In this document: positions 9,696 to 19,787 of the stretch, in pieces
How positions within the stretch are numbered: the first letter of the stretch is position 1
How the letters are laid out: the number at the start of each line of letters is the position of its first letter
From: an uncultured Candidatus Rokubacteria bacterium
GTDB taxonomy: Bacteria > Methylomirabilota > Methylomirabilia > Rokubacteriales > CSP1-6
Direction: 5' to 3'
DNA length: 64,000 nt
Assembly: GCA_963789955.1 (NCBI GenBank)
Contig: CAWBMV010000034.1
Location: 832,001-896,000 of the forward strand
Program-made: the position numbers and the translations under genes
Notes under the pieces: generated by a model
Database searches by the model: none
What the model was told of the DNA's origin: nothing
What the model saw: the letters and a program-made list of their open reading frames with translations, nothing else

Positions 9696-10607
9696 ATGAG
9701 AGTCGGGATCTCGTTGACGAGCAGTCATGCGGTGAAGGATCCGCGCGAGGGCGCGCGCTGGATGATCGAGCGCGCCGCGGCGGCGCGGCAGGCCGGTCTC
9801 GATTCGCTGTTCGTCGGCGATCACCACGCGACACCCGGGCCCTACTATCAGAACGTCCCGATCCTCGGCCGGCTCCTCGCCGAGTGGGGCGATGCGCCGG
9901 CGGGCTGCCTGTTCCTCCTGCCGCTCTGGAATCCGGTGCTCGTGGCCGAGCAGGTCGGAACGCTCGCGGCCGTCGCGCGCGGCCGCTTCATCGTCCAGTG
10001 CGGGCTGGGCTACGACGAGGCGCAGTTCGCGGCCATGGGCACGACACTCAAGTATCGCCCCTCGGCCTTCGAGGAATCGTTCGCGATCGTCCAGCGCCTG
10101 CTCCGGGGCGAGACCGTCAGCTCGTCCCGCCGCTTCACCTTTCGGGACGCGCGACTCGCGCTGCGTCCGCCGGAGAACGTCGAGTACTGGATCGGCGCCA
10201 GCGCGCGCCCGGCCATCGACCGCGCCGCGCGACTCGCCGAGGGCTTTCTCGCGTCGCCGTCGCTCACGCTCGACGAGGCGCGCGATCAGGCCGCCTTCTA
10301 TCTGGAGCGCTGCAAGGTCCACGGCCGAGCTCCCAAGGCGGTCGCCATTCGCCGCGACATCTACGTCGGTGACTCGGCGGCGGATGCCGAACAAGTCAAG
10401 GGCGCGATCCTGGCGACCGGATATCGCGGGATCCCGGCCCCGGCGCTCGTCGCCGGCTCGGTCGAGAGCGTCGTCAAGCAATTCGCCGAGCTCGCCGCGC
10501 TCGGCTACACCGACGTCATCGTCCGCCACCTGACCAACGAGCAGCCGAAAGTCCTCGCCTCGCTCGCGCGGCTCCGCAAAGTCAAGGAAGCGCTCGCCGG
10601 CACGTAG
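9696..10607 (+). CDS. LLM-class flavin-dependent oxidoreductase
   Basis: GLDSLFVGDHH, PVLVAEQVGTL, AIDRAARLAEG. Confidence 0.85.
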   Translation: MRVGISLTSSHAVKDPREGARWMIERAAAARQAGLDSLFVGDHHATPGPYYQNVPILGRLLAEWGDAPAGCLFLLPLWNPVLVAEQVGTLAAVARGRFIVQCGLGYDEAQFAAMGTTLKYRPSAFEESFAIVQRLLRGETVSSSRRFTFRDARLALRPPENVEYWIGASARPAIDRAARLAEGFLASPSLTLDEARDQAAFYLERCKVHGRAPKAVAIRRDIYVGDSAADAEQVKGAILATGYRGIPAPALVAGSVESVVKQFAELAALGYTDVIVRHLTNEQPKVLASLARLRKVKEALAGT

Positions 10608-10645
10608 CGGGCTGTTCGACGGCCCGCCATGTACACTGACCTGCC

Positions 10646-11671
10646 GTGGACGTCTCGGAGCTCGACTACGATCTGCCGCCCGAGCTGATCGCGCAGGCGC
10701 CCGCGCCGTCGCGGGATGCGTCGCGGCTCCTCGTGATCGACCGCGCGCGCGGCGGCTTCGAGGATCACGTCTTCGCCGAGCTGCCCGACCTGCTCCGACC
10801 GGGCGATTGCCTCGTCGTCAACAACTCACGCGTGATCCCGGCGCGGGTGCTGGCGCGTGACGTCGCCGGACGCGAGGTCGAGCTCCTCTTCATCGAAGCG
10901 ATCGACAGGCACCGCTGGCGGGCGCTCACGCGGCCGGGGCGTCGAAGCCGCGAGGGCGTGGAGCTGGTGGCGGGGAGCTCCCGGCTCCGTATCCTCGGCG
11001 TCGAGGCCGATGGGCCGCGCGTCGTCGAGCCGCTCGACGGCTCCGTCGACGAATTGCTGCGCGTCCACGGCCGGCCGCCGCTGCCTCCCTATATCGCGCG
11101 GTTCGCCGCGCCGACCGCGGAGGATCTCGAGCGCTACCAGACGGTCTACGCCCGACCGCCGGGATCGATCGCGGCGCCGACCGCCGGACTCCACTTCACG
11201 CCGCCTCTGCTCGACGAGATCCAGCGGCGCGGCGTCGAGCTGCACCAGCTGACGCTCCACGTCGGCCCCGGCACGTTTCGCCCGATCAAGACCGACCGGA
11301 TCGAAGACCACGCGCTGCCGGCCGAGCGGATCGTGATTCCGCCGGCCGTCGCCGAAGCGGTGAATCGCGCGCGCGCGGAGCGCCGCCGGGTGATCGCGGT
11401 CGGCACGACCACGGTGCGAGCGCTCGAGAGCGCCGTCGGCGCGGACGGTCGGGTACGTCCGCTCGACGGCGAGGCGCGCCTCTACGTCATGCCGGGTTAC
11501 GAGTTCCGCGCGGTGGATGCGCTGTTGACGAACTTCCACCTGCCGCGCTCGTCACTGCTCGTCATGGTCGCCGCGTTCGCCGGGCGCGAGCTGATCCTGA
11601 AATCCTACGGCCACGCGGTCCGCGCCGGCTATCGCTTCTACTCCTACGGCGACGCGACGTTGATCCAGTGA
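10646..11671 (+). CDS. queA: tRNA preQ1 ribosyltransferase-isomerase QueA
   Basis: DYDLPPELIAQ, RYQTVYA..GSIAAPTAGLHF, TNFHLPRSSL, YRFYSYGDA. Confidence 0.96.
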   Translation: MDVSELDYDLPPELIAQAPAPSRDASRLLVIDRARGGFEDHVFAELPDLLRPGDCLVVNNSRVIPARVLARDVAGREVELLFIEAIDRHRWRALTRPGRRSREGVELVAGSSRLRILGVEADGPRVVEPLDGSVDELLRVHGRPPLPPYIARFAAPTAEDLERYQTVYARPPGSIAAPTAGLHFTPPLLDEIQRRGVELHQLTLHVGPGTFRPIKTDRIEDHALPAERIVIPPAVAEAVNRARAERRRVIAVGTTTVRALESAVGADGRVRPLDGEARLYVMPGYEFRAVDALLTNFHLPRSSLLVMVAAFAGRELILKSYGHAVRAGYRFYSYGDATLIQ

Positions 11672-12814
11672 AGTTCGAGCTGCTCGCGACCGACGGCGCC
11701 GCCCGCGCCGGCCGATTGACGACCGCCAACGGCGTGGTCGAGACGCCGATCTTCATGCCGGTCGGCACGCACGCGGCGGTGAAGGCGCTGGGGCCGGACG
11801 ATCTCCGCGCGGCCGGCGCCCAGATCGTGCTCGCCAACACGTACCACCTGTTTCTCAGACCCGGACACGCGCTCGTTCGCGAGCTCGGCGGCCTGCATCG
11901 CTTCATGGGATGGGACGGAGCCATCCTGACCGATTCCGGCGGATTTCAGGTGTTCAGCCTCTCGAAGCTTCGCAAGATCTCCGAGGCCGGTGTCGAGTTC
12001 CGGTCGCCGGTCGACGGGTCGACCCACTTCCTCTCGCCCGAGATCGCCGTGGAGGTCCAGCAGGCGCTGGGCGCCGACATCATCCATCCCCTCGACGAGT
12101 GCCTCGCGTACCCCGTGTCACGCCGGGACGCCGAGCGCTCGCTCGAGCTGACCCTGCGCTGGGCCGCGCGGTCGAGGGCGGCGCACGCGGGACCGGGCCG
12201 GACGAGTCAGGCGATGTTCGGGATCGTGCAGGGCGGAGTCGACGCGGACCTCCGCAGGCAGGCGACACGCGCGACGGTCGATCTCGGCTTCGACGGCTAC
12301 GCGATCGGCGGCATGGCGGTCGGCGAGCCGAAGCCCGCGATGTACGATCTCACCGAGCTCGTCGCGAGCCTGCTCCCGGCGGACCAGCCCCGCTATCTCA
12401 TGGGAGTCGGCAAGCCGGAGGATCTCGTCCACTCGGTGGCGCGCGGCGTGGACATGTTCGACTGCGTGCTGCCCACCCGGAACGCGCGCAACGGCCAGGC
12501 CTTCACGGCCGACGGCCCGCTCACGCTCAAGCAGGCACGGTACACGCGCGATCAGGCGCCGCTCGACGCCGAGTGCGGCTGCTACGCGTGCCGCGGCTTC
12601 TCGCGCGCGTACCTGCGCCATCTCTTCATGGCCGGCGAGCTGCTGTCGCATCGGCTGCTCACGCTCCACAACGTGACGTTCTTTCTCGGGCTCATGCGCG
12701 AGATGCGCGCGGCGATCGTCGGCGGGCGCGTTCGGCGGGTTCCAGGCTCGGTTCTTCGCGCGGTATGCCGCGGCGAACGGCGAGGAATCGGGGGACCCCA
12801 CGCCGTCTCCCTGA
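11668..12814 (+). CDS. tgt: tRNA-guanine transglycosylase (frameshift near 12725)
   Basis: TPIFMPVGT, TDSGGFQVFSL, PRYLMGVG, DMFDCVLPTR, Zn motif CGCYAC; corrected C-terminus ends at TGA 12812-12814. Confidence 0.95.
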
Positions 12815-12816
12815 GC

Positions 12817-14211
12817 TCAGGCGCCGCGCCTGCCCATCTTCTGGGCCAGCTCCCGCAACGGGGGCTCGTAGGCTTCGCTGAACGTCGGGAAGGCGTGGAC
12901 GACGTCCGTCAAGACCTCGATCGGGATCTCCGCGCGGATCGCCAGCACGGCCTCGCCGATCCATTCCTCCGCGTGAGGTCCGATCGCGGCGGCTCCGAGT
13001 AACGTGCGGCGCGGCCGGTCTCCGACGAGGACCAGCCGTCCCGACTTCGATCCGGTCGCGCTCGCGCGCGCCGTGTGACGCACCTCCATCGACGCGCTGA
13101 TCGCGTCGTGGCCACGCTCGCGCGCCTTCTCCAGCGAGAGGCCCACGCACGCCACCGACGGCTCCGTGTACACGCCGCGCGGGATGGCCCGGTGATTCGC
13201 GTGGGCCTCGCCCCCCAACAGGTTCGCCGCGATGATTCGTCCGTGATAGTTGGCGGTGTGCGTATATCCGGCGATGCCGGTGATGTCGCCCGCCGCCCAC
13301 ACGTGCTCTTGCCCGCGCACACGACAGCGGTCGTCGATCTGAAGAAAGCCGTCGCGGCCGGGATGGATGTTCAGGGTTGCCAGGCCCAGCCCGTTCAGCT
13401 GCGGTTCCTGCCCGATCGCGACGATGAGCCGTTCGGCCGTCAGCCGTGTCCCATCCTCCAGCACGAGACAGGCCGTGCCGGCTCGCATCTCCGCCCGCAC
13501 GGCTTTGCTGTTCAAGCGGACGTCGATGCCTTCCTCGCGAAAAACGTCGGCGAGCGTCTCGCCCACGGCCGGCTCCTCGGCCGAGATCAGGCGTGCCGCT
13601 TGCTGGACGATCGTGACGCGCGCGCCGAATCGCGCCAGAACTTGCGCGATCTCGCATCCCACCGGTCCACCACCGAGCACGAGCGCCGACCCGGGAAGCT
13701 CCGACGTGGTGAAGACATCTTCGCTCGTCCACACCGATGCCCGATCGAGCCCGTCGACGTCGGGAATCTCGGCGACGGTGCCGACCGACACGACCAGATC
13801 GGTCCAGCCGATGACGTGCCCGTTGACCTCGAGAGCTCCGGGTCGCACGACGCGGCCGCGGCCGCGGTGAACGGCGATGCCGAGCGAGCGAAGCTCGCGC
13901 TCCCGACCGGAGTCGTCCAGCCGATCCGCGATCTCGTGACGCCGGGCCGCCGCGGCGCGATAGGCGGCACGCGCATCGTCCAGCGTGAGCGGCCCGCTCA
14001 CCGCGCCGTCGGTGTGAGCGGTGCCGATCCGGTGCCGGATCTCGGCCGAGTGCAGCATCGCCTTGCTGGGCATGCAGGCGAAGTACGGACATTCCCCGCC
14101 GAGCAGCTTCTGCTCGACGACGGCGACCGATTTGCCGCCACGCGCGAGGGTCGTCGCCACCGTTTCGCCCGCGGAGCCGACACCCAGCACCACGACGTCG
14201 TACGTTTCCAT
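12817..14211 (-). CDS. Pyridine nucleotide-disulfide oxidoreductase (Lpd/MerA-like family)
   Basis: GVGSAG FAD motif, redox disulfide GGECPYFACMPSK, GGGPVG, WAAGDIT, C-terminal HAFPTFSE. Confidence 0.88.
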   Translation of the reverse strand: METYDVVVLGVGSAGETVATTLARGGKSVAVVEQKLLGGECPYFACMPSKAMLHSAEIRHRIGTAHTDGAVSGPLTLDDARAAYRAAAARRHEIADRLDDSGRERELRSLGIAVHRGRGRVVRPGALEVNGHVIGWTDLVVSVGTVAEIPDVDGLDRASVWTSEDVFTTSELPGSALVLGGGPVGCEIAQVLARFGARVTIVQQAARLISAEEPAVGETLADVFREEGIDVRLNSKAVRAEMRAGTACLVLEDGTRLTAERLIVAIGQEPQLNGLGLATLNIHPGRDGFLQIDDRCRVRGQEHVWAAGDITGIAGYTHTANYHGRIIAANLLGGEAHANHRAIPRGVYTEPSVACVGLSLEKARERGHDAISASMEVRHTARASATGSKSGRLVLVGDRPRRTLLGAAAIGPHAEEWIGEAVLAIRAEIPIEVLTDVVHAFPTFSEAYEPPLRELAQKMGRRGA

Positions 14212-14336
14212 GGGGCCGCACCTTTCCTCGGAAGTGGGCGATTGCCCGATGTTTCTGGACCGACCTTTGTCTATGCAGTATCATCCGTTGATGTTTTGCG
14301 CGACTGATCGTCTTGACCGCGGAGGCCTCGGACTCG

Positions 14337-14669
14337 ATGCTCTTCCCTGATCTCGCGTACGCCGCCGGATCGGCGCCGGGCGGCGGCTCTCAGAGCATGC
14401 TGCCCACGATCGTGATGATCGCCTCGATGCTCGCGATCTTTTACTTCCTGCTGCTGCGTCCGCAGCAGAAGCAGAAGCAGGAACGCGAGCAGATGCTCTC
14501 GTCGATCAAGCGCGGCGACCGCATCGTGACCACGGGCGGCCTTCACGGTACCGTGACCGGCCTCAGCGAGCACACCGTCACCCTGCGGGTCGCTGACCAG
14601 GTCAAGCTCGAGTTCGACCGCTCCGCCATCGGCCGCGTGACGGCAGGGCAGGGCGAGAAGGATGCCTAG
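14337..14669 (+). CDS. yajC: Preprotein translocase subunit YajC
   Basis: FYFLLLRPQQKQ, GDRIVTTGGLHG; GGAGG upstream. Confidence 0.93.
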   Translation: MLFPDLAYAAGSAPGGGSQSMLPTIVMIASMLAIFYFLLLRPQQKQKQEREQMLSSIKRGDRIVTTGGLHGTVTGLSEHTVTLRVADQVKLEFDRSAIGRVTAGQGEKDA

Positions 14670-16218
14670 GCACCTCCGGGTACGTGTCGGGCTGGTCGTC
14701 ACCGTCGTCGCCCTCTCCCTCTGGTACCTCTACCCGCCGAAGAGCGCGATCAACCTCGGACTCGACCTGCAGGGCGGCATCCATCTCATGCTCGGGGTCG
14801 AGGCCGACCGGCACGTCGCGAGCCAGACCGACCGCGCCGCCGAGGACCTCAAGAGCGCGCTCGAGCGCAAGGGGATCGCCGTCAAGCGGGTGGTGCGCGA
14901 GGGGAACACGGCGATCCTGGTCGAGCTGGCCAACCCGCAGTCGTGGAACGACGCCCGGACCGTGGTGGCGGAGTTCGGAACCTTCGAGCGGCGTGACGAC
15001 GATCAGACGGCGGGTCGGTTCCGCCTCGTGATGACCGATAGCCGGGTCCGCCAGCTGCGCGACGACGCCATCCGTCAGGGGCTCGAGACGATTCGCAACC
15101 GTATCGATCAGTTCGGCGTGAGCGAGCCCACGATCACGCGGCAGGGCGCGGATCAGATCCTGATCCAGCTGCCGGGCGTGCAGGACCCGGGGCGCGCCAA
15201 GGCGCTCATCGGCAAGACCGCGCTGCTCGAATTCAAGCTCCTCGACGAGCGGACGCCGATCGACCAGGCGCTGGCCGGCCATCTCCCGGAGACCTCGGAG
15301 GTTCTCTACGGGAGAGACATCGACAAGCAGACGAAGGCCGAGCGCAAGATCCCGTACGTCGTCCAGAAGCGCAGCCTGCTCACCGGCGCCGAGCTGACGC
15401 GCGCCGAGGTGTCGGCCGACCCGAATTCGATGGGCAACTGGCAGGTCGCGATCGAGTTCACGTCGACCGGCACGCGGATCTTCGGCGAGGTCACGGAGCA
15501 GAACGTCGGCAAACGGCTGGCGATCATCCTGGACGGCACCGTGTATTCGGCGCCCCGCATCAACGAGCGAATCCCCGGCGGGCGGGCCGTGATCACGGGC
15601 CAGTTCACGGTGGACGACGCCCGCGATCTCGCCATCGTGCTGCGGGCCGGCGCCTTGCCCGCGCCGGTCGTCATCCTCGAAGAGCGCACGGTGGGGCCGT
15701 CGCTCGGCGCCGATTCGATCCGCAAGGGCCTGATCGCCATCGCCGGCTCGGCGATCGTCGTGTTCATCTTCATGCTGGTCTATTACCGGCTCTCCGGGCT
15801 CGTGGCCGACGTGGCGCTCGGCCTCAATCTCTTGATTCTCTTCGCCTGCATGGCCGCCATCCGGGCGACGTTGACCTTGCCCGGTCTGGCCGGCATCGCG
15901 CTCACGATCGGCATGGCCGTCGACACGAACATCCTGATCTTCGAGCGAATCCGGGAAGAGATGCGGGTCGGGAAGACCCCGCGCGCCGCGATCGAGGCCG
16001 GGTTCCGGCGGGCGCTGCGCACGATCGTCGACACGCACCTCACGGTCATGGGAACCGCGGTCATCCTCCTGTCGTTCGGCACCAGCTCGGTCAAGGGCTT
16101 CGGCGTGTCGTTGTTCATCGGTCTCGGCGCGAGCCTGTTCACGGCGTACTTCTTCACGCGCCTCCTCTTCGACCTCATCTACATGGGCCGGCGGAAGGTG
16201 GAGTCGATCTCGATATGA
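14662..16218 (+). CDS. secD: Protein translocase subunit SecD
   Basis: NLGLDLQGG, IRNRIDQFGVSEP, LRAGALPAP, GMAVDTNILIFERIREE. Confidence 0.96.
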   Translation: MPRHLRVRVGLVVTVVALSLWYLYPPKSAINLGLDLQGGIHLMLGVEADRHVASQTDRAAEDLKSALERKGIAVKRVVREGNTAILVELANPQSWNDARTVVAEFGTFERRDDDQTAGRFRLVMTDSRVRQLRDDAIRQGLETIRNRIDQFGVSEPTITRQGADQILIQLPGVQDPGRAKALIGKTALLEFKLLDERTPIDQALAGHLPETSEVLYGRDIDKQTKAERKIPYVVQKRSLLTGAELTRAEVSADPNSMGNWQVAIEFTSTGTRIFGEVTEQNVGKRLAIILDGTVYSAPRINERIPGGRAVITGQFTVDDARDLAIVLRAGALPAPVVILEERTVGPSLGADSIRKGLIAIAGSAIVVFIFMLVYYRLSGLVADVALGLNLLILFACMAAIRATLTLPGLAGIALTIGMAVDTNILIFERIREEMRVGKTPRAAIEAGFRRALRTIVDTHLTVMGTAVILLSFGTSSVKGFGVSLFIGLGASLFTAYFFTRLLFDLIYMGRRKVESISI

Positions 16219-17153
16219 TCGAGCTCTTCAAGAATCCGAACTACGACTTCATCGGCAAGCGGAAGTGGGCGTATATCGTCTCGATCGCCTTGACCCTGAT
16301 CGGCCTGAGCTCGCTCGCCGTCAAGGGCGGGCTGCGCTACGACATCGACTTCACCGGCGGCACCTTGATCCAGGTGCGCTTCGAGCAGCCGCCCACGATC
16401 GCCAAGATCCGGGCCAGTCTCGGCACGATCCATCTCGGCGAGAGCATCATTCAGCAGTTCGGCGACGCGAATGAGTTCATCATCCGGCTGCCGCTGGTCG
16501 AGGTCGGCTCGGAGGAAATTTCCAAGCGCGTTCAGGGCGCGCTCAGCGCCGACCCGTCGCTCGGCAAGTTCGAGATCCGGCGCGTCGAGTTCGTCGGGCC
16601 CCAGGTCGGCCGCGAGCTGCAGCTCCAGGCCGTCTACCTGGTGCTGGCCGGCCTCGTCTGGATCGCCATCTACCTGGCGTTCCGGTTCGACCTGCGCGGC
16701 GGGGTCGCCGCCGTCGTCGCCGTCTTGCACGACGTCATCGTCTGTCTCGGCGCCCTCTCGCTCACCAATCGCGAGTTCTCGCTGCCGGTGCTGGCGGCGC
16801 TCCTGACGATCATCGGCTATTCGGTCAACGACACGATCGTCGCCTACGACCGGCTCAGGGAGAACCGGGGCAGGACCGCCCCGAAGGGGCGCACGTTCGC
16901 CCAGCAGATGAACGACGCGGTCAACCAGACTCTGTCGCGAACCATCCTGACCTCGCTCACGACCTTCTTCTCGGCGGCCGTCCTGCTCTTCTTCGGGGGC
17001 AAGACCCTCGAGGATTTCGCCTTCGTCCTCTTCGTCGGCGTCATCACCGGGACCTATTCCACGACCTACGTGGCCGCCGCACTCGTCGTCGACTGGACGA
17101 ACCACGTCGAAGGACGGCTGCGGCGAGGGAAGAAAGCGGTGGCAAAAGCCTGA
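16215..17153 (+). CDS. secF: Protein translocase subunit SecF
   Basis: IDFTGGT, VGPQVGREL, IGYSVNDTIVAYDRLREN, QTLSRTILTS. Confidence 0.96.
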   Translation: MIELFKNPNYDFIGKRKWAYIVSIALTLIGLSSLAVKGGLRYDIDFTGGTLIQVRFEQPPTIAKIRASLGTIHLGESIIQQFGDANEFIIRLPLVEVGSEEISKRVQGALSADPSLGKFEIRRVEFVGPQVGRELQLQAVYLVLAGLVWIAIYLAFRFDLRGGVAAVVAVLHDVIVCLGALSLTNREFSLPVLAALLTIIGYSVNDTIVAYDRLRENRGRTAPKGRTFAQQMNDAVNQTLSRTILTSLTTFFSAAVLLFFGGKTLEDFAFVLFVGVITGTYSTTYVAAALVVDWTNHVEGRLRRGKKAVAKA

Positions 17154-17195
17154 CCAGCGTGTCAAACTAATTGGTCAACCAGGGGTTTTGGCTCC

Positions 17196-19337
17196 GTGAC
17201 CCAACTAGAGACGCTGATCGAGGAGATTCCGAAGTATCAGCCGGGCGCTGATCTCGATGTTCTCGAGCGCGCCTATCGGTTCTCGGCCGCCTCCCATCAG
17301 GGCCAGCAGCGCGCCTCCGGTGAGCCGTATCTAAGCCATCCGCTTGAGGTTGCCAACCTCCTGGTCGACTTCAAGATGGACGTCACCACCGTGACGGCCG
17401 GCCTCCTGCACGACGTGCTCGAGGACACCACCGCGACCAAGGCCGACCTCGAGCGCGAGTTCGGCGGGGAGATCGCGGAGCTGGTCGACGGCGTCACCAA
17501 GATCGGCAAGCTCGCCTTCTCCTCGCGTGAAGAGCGCCAGGCCGAGAATTTCCGGAAGATGCTGGTCGCGATGGCGCGCGACCTGCGCGTGCTGATGATC
17601 AAGCTCGCCGACCGGCTGCACAACATGCGCACGCTGGACTACCTGCCGGCCGACCGGGCCAAGAAGATCGCGCAGGAGACCCTCGACATCTACGCGCCGC
17701 TGGCCCACCGGCTCGGCATGGCCAAGGTGAAGGCCGAGCTCGAGGACCTGGGGCTCCGCACCCTGAACCCGACCGACTACGTCGATTTGCAAAAGCGCGT
17801 CGCCAAGCGCCGCCTCGAGCGCGAGGCGGACATCAACCAGGTGATCGCCATCCTCCAGCGAAAGCTCTCCGAGGTCGGGATCGATTCGCAGATCCGCGGC
17901 CGGCCCAAGCACTTCTATTCGATCTGGAAGAAGATGCACGACCAGGGCCGCGAGTTCGACGAGATCTACGACCTGACGGCCGTCCGCGTCATCACCGCGT
18001 CGGTCCGCGACTGCTACGGCGCGCTCGGCGTCATCCACTCGCTCTGGAAGCCGGTCCCCGGACGCTTCAAAGACTTCATCGCGATGCCCAAGGTCAACAT
18101 GTACCAGTCGCTCCACACGACGGTGATCGGGCCCAAGGGCGATCCGGTGGAGATCCAGATCCGCACCCGCGAGATGCACCGCATCGCCGAGGAAGGTATC
18201 GCGGCGCACTGGCTCTACAAGGAGCGCAAGGCCGGCAAGGACAAGCTCGACGAGTCGCTCGTGTGGCTGCGCCAGCTGATCGAGACGCAGCAGGACACGA
18301 AAGATCCGCGCGAGTTCATGGACACCGTGCGGGTCGATCTGTTCCCGGACGAGGTGTACGTCTTCACGCCCAAGGGCGACGTGAAGGCGCTGCCGGAGGG
18401 CGCCACGCCGCTCGACTTCGCCTACGCGGTCCACACGAAGGTCGGCGAGCACTGCGTCGGCGCCAAGGTGAACGCCAAGCTCGTCCCGCTGCGGTTCACG
18501 CTGCGCCAGGGCGACATCGTCGAGATCGTGACCTCGCCGAACCAGCACCCGAGCCGCGACTGGCTGAAGATCGTCAAGTCGACCCGGGCGCGGGCCAAGA
18601 TCAATCAGTGGCTCAAGGTCGAGGAGCGCGCCCGCTCGATCGAGCTCGGCCGCGAGATGTTCGAGCGCGAGGCCCGGAAGTATCGTCTCAATCCCACGGC
18701 GCTGCTGGGCGGTGAGGAGATCAAGAAGGCGGCGGCCGACTTCGGCTTCGCCGGGCCCGACGATCTCATGGCGGCGCTCGGCTACGGCAAGAGCTCGGTG
18801 CATCAGGTGCTGAACAAGATCGCGCCCAACGCGCTGCTCGAGTCGCCGGAGAAGCCGAAGGCAGCGGCGACCCGGCCGGCGCCGGTCGACGGCGTGCGCA
18901 TTCGCGGCGTCGACGACTTGCTCGTGCGGTTCGCGCGCTGCTGCAACCCGCTGCCGGGCGATCCGATCGTCGGCTTCATCACGCGCGGCCGCGGCCTCAC
19001 GGTGCACGCGCGCGACTGCCTGACCGTGGCCAAGAGCGTGCTCGACCGGGAGCGTCTCATCGACGTCGAGTGGGACGTCGAGGAGCCCGGCAAGCGGCCC
19101 GTCCGGATCGCCGTCTACATCGGCAAGGACCGGCCCGGCCTGCTCTCCGAGATCACCGGCGCCATCTCGGCCCGCAACGGCAACATCACGAAGGCCGAGG
19201 TGACGGTGACCGACGACCGGCGCGGGATCAACAACTTCGTCGTCGAGGTCGCCGATCTGCGCCAGCTCCAGGACATCATCGCCGCCATCCGCGATGTCAG
19301 AGACGTCATCAACGTCGAGCGTGTCCGGGGGCTCTAG
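17196..19337 (+). CDS. rel: Bifunctional (p)ppGpp synthetase/hydrolase (Rel/SpoT)
   Basis: Intact HD motif (LLHDVLED), RFKD synthetase motif, YQSLHTT, TGS, ARCCNP and ACT domains. Confidence 0.95.
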   Translation: MTQLETLIEEIPKYQPGADLDVLERAYRFSAASHQGQQRASGEPYLSHPLEVANLLVDFKMDVTTVTAGLLHDVLEDTTATKADLEREFGGEIAELVDGVTKIGKLAFSSREERQAENFRKMLVAMARDLRVLMIKLADRLHNMRTLDYLPADRAKKIAQETLDIYAPLAHRLGMAKVKAELEDLGLRTLNPTDYVDLQKRVAKRRLEREADINQVIAILQRKLSEVGIDSQIRGRPKHFYSIWKKMHDQGREFDEIYDLTAVRVITASVRDCYGALGVIHSLWKPVPGRFKDFIAMPKVNMYQSLHTTVIGPKGDPVEIQIRTREMHRIAEEGIAAHWLYKERKAGKDKLDESLVWLRQLIETQQDTKDPREFMDTVRVDLFPDEVYVFTPKGDVKALPEGATPLDFAYAVHTKVGEHCVGAKVNAKLVPLRFTLRQGDIVEIVTSPNQHPSRDWLKIVKSTRARAKINQWLKVEERARSIELGREMFEREARKYRLNPTALLGGEEIKKAAADFGFAGPDDLMAALGYGKSSVHQVLNKIAPNALLESPEKPKAAATRPAPVDGVRIRGVDDLLVRFARCCNPLPGDPIVGFITRGRGLTVHARDCLTVAKSVLDRERLIDVEWDVEEPGKRPVRIAVYIGKDRPGLLSEITGAISARNGNITKAEVTVTDDRRGINNFVVEVADLRQLQDIIAAIRDVRDVINVERVRGL

Positions 19338-19405
19338 GTGCCGGCCCCGGCGTCGGCCGGCTCGCCGCCGGCCGGCTGTCGTCGATTCACCGGCGCACTG
19401 ACTCG

Positions 19406-19780
19406 ATGAACCGGCGGCGATTCGAGACGCTGGTCGAGAAGGCCATGCGTCGCCTGCCCAAGCGATTCAAGGACAAGATCGCCAACATCGCCGTCGTCGT
19501 CGAAGACTGGGCCGACGACGAAACGCTCGCCGACGTCGGAGTCGAGCCACCCGAGACGCTCTACGGCCTCTACCGCGGCATCGATCTCACGCGCCGCGAC
19601 TCGAGCTACGGCAACGTCTTGCCCGACACGATCCACATCTATCAAGGACCGATCGAGGAAGATTGCGCCGACGAGGCCGACATGGAAGAGCTGATCCGTG
19701 AGACGGTCATCCACGAGCTCGGCCACTACTTCGGCCTCGACGACGACACCATGGAGCGCATTGAGGGCTCCGAGCAGTAA
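19406..19780 (+). CDS. Zincin-like metallopeptidase (DUF1025 type)
   Basis: LYGLYRG, LPDTIHIYQGPI, VIHELGHYFG (HExxH). Confidence 0.85.
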   Translation: MNRRRFETLVEKAMRRLPKRFKDKIANIAVVVEDWADDETLADVGVEPPETLYGLYRGIDLTRRDSSYGNVLPDTIHIYQGPIEEDCADEADMEELIRETVIHELGHYFGLDDDTMERIEGSEQ

Positions 19781-19787
19781 GGAGCCG

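Noticed and set aside
17151..17177. TGACCA-N15-TGGTCA inverted repeat upstream of rel
   Set aside because: Only 6-bp arms, one overlapping the secF stop; compatible with chance
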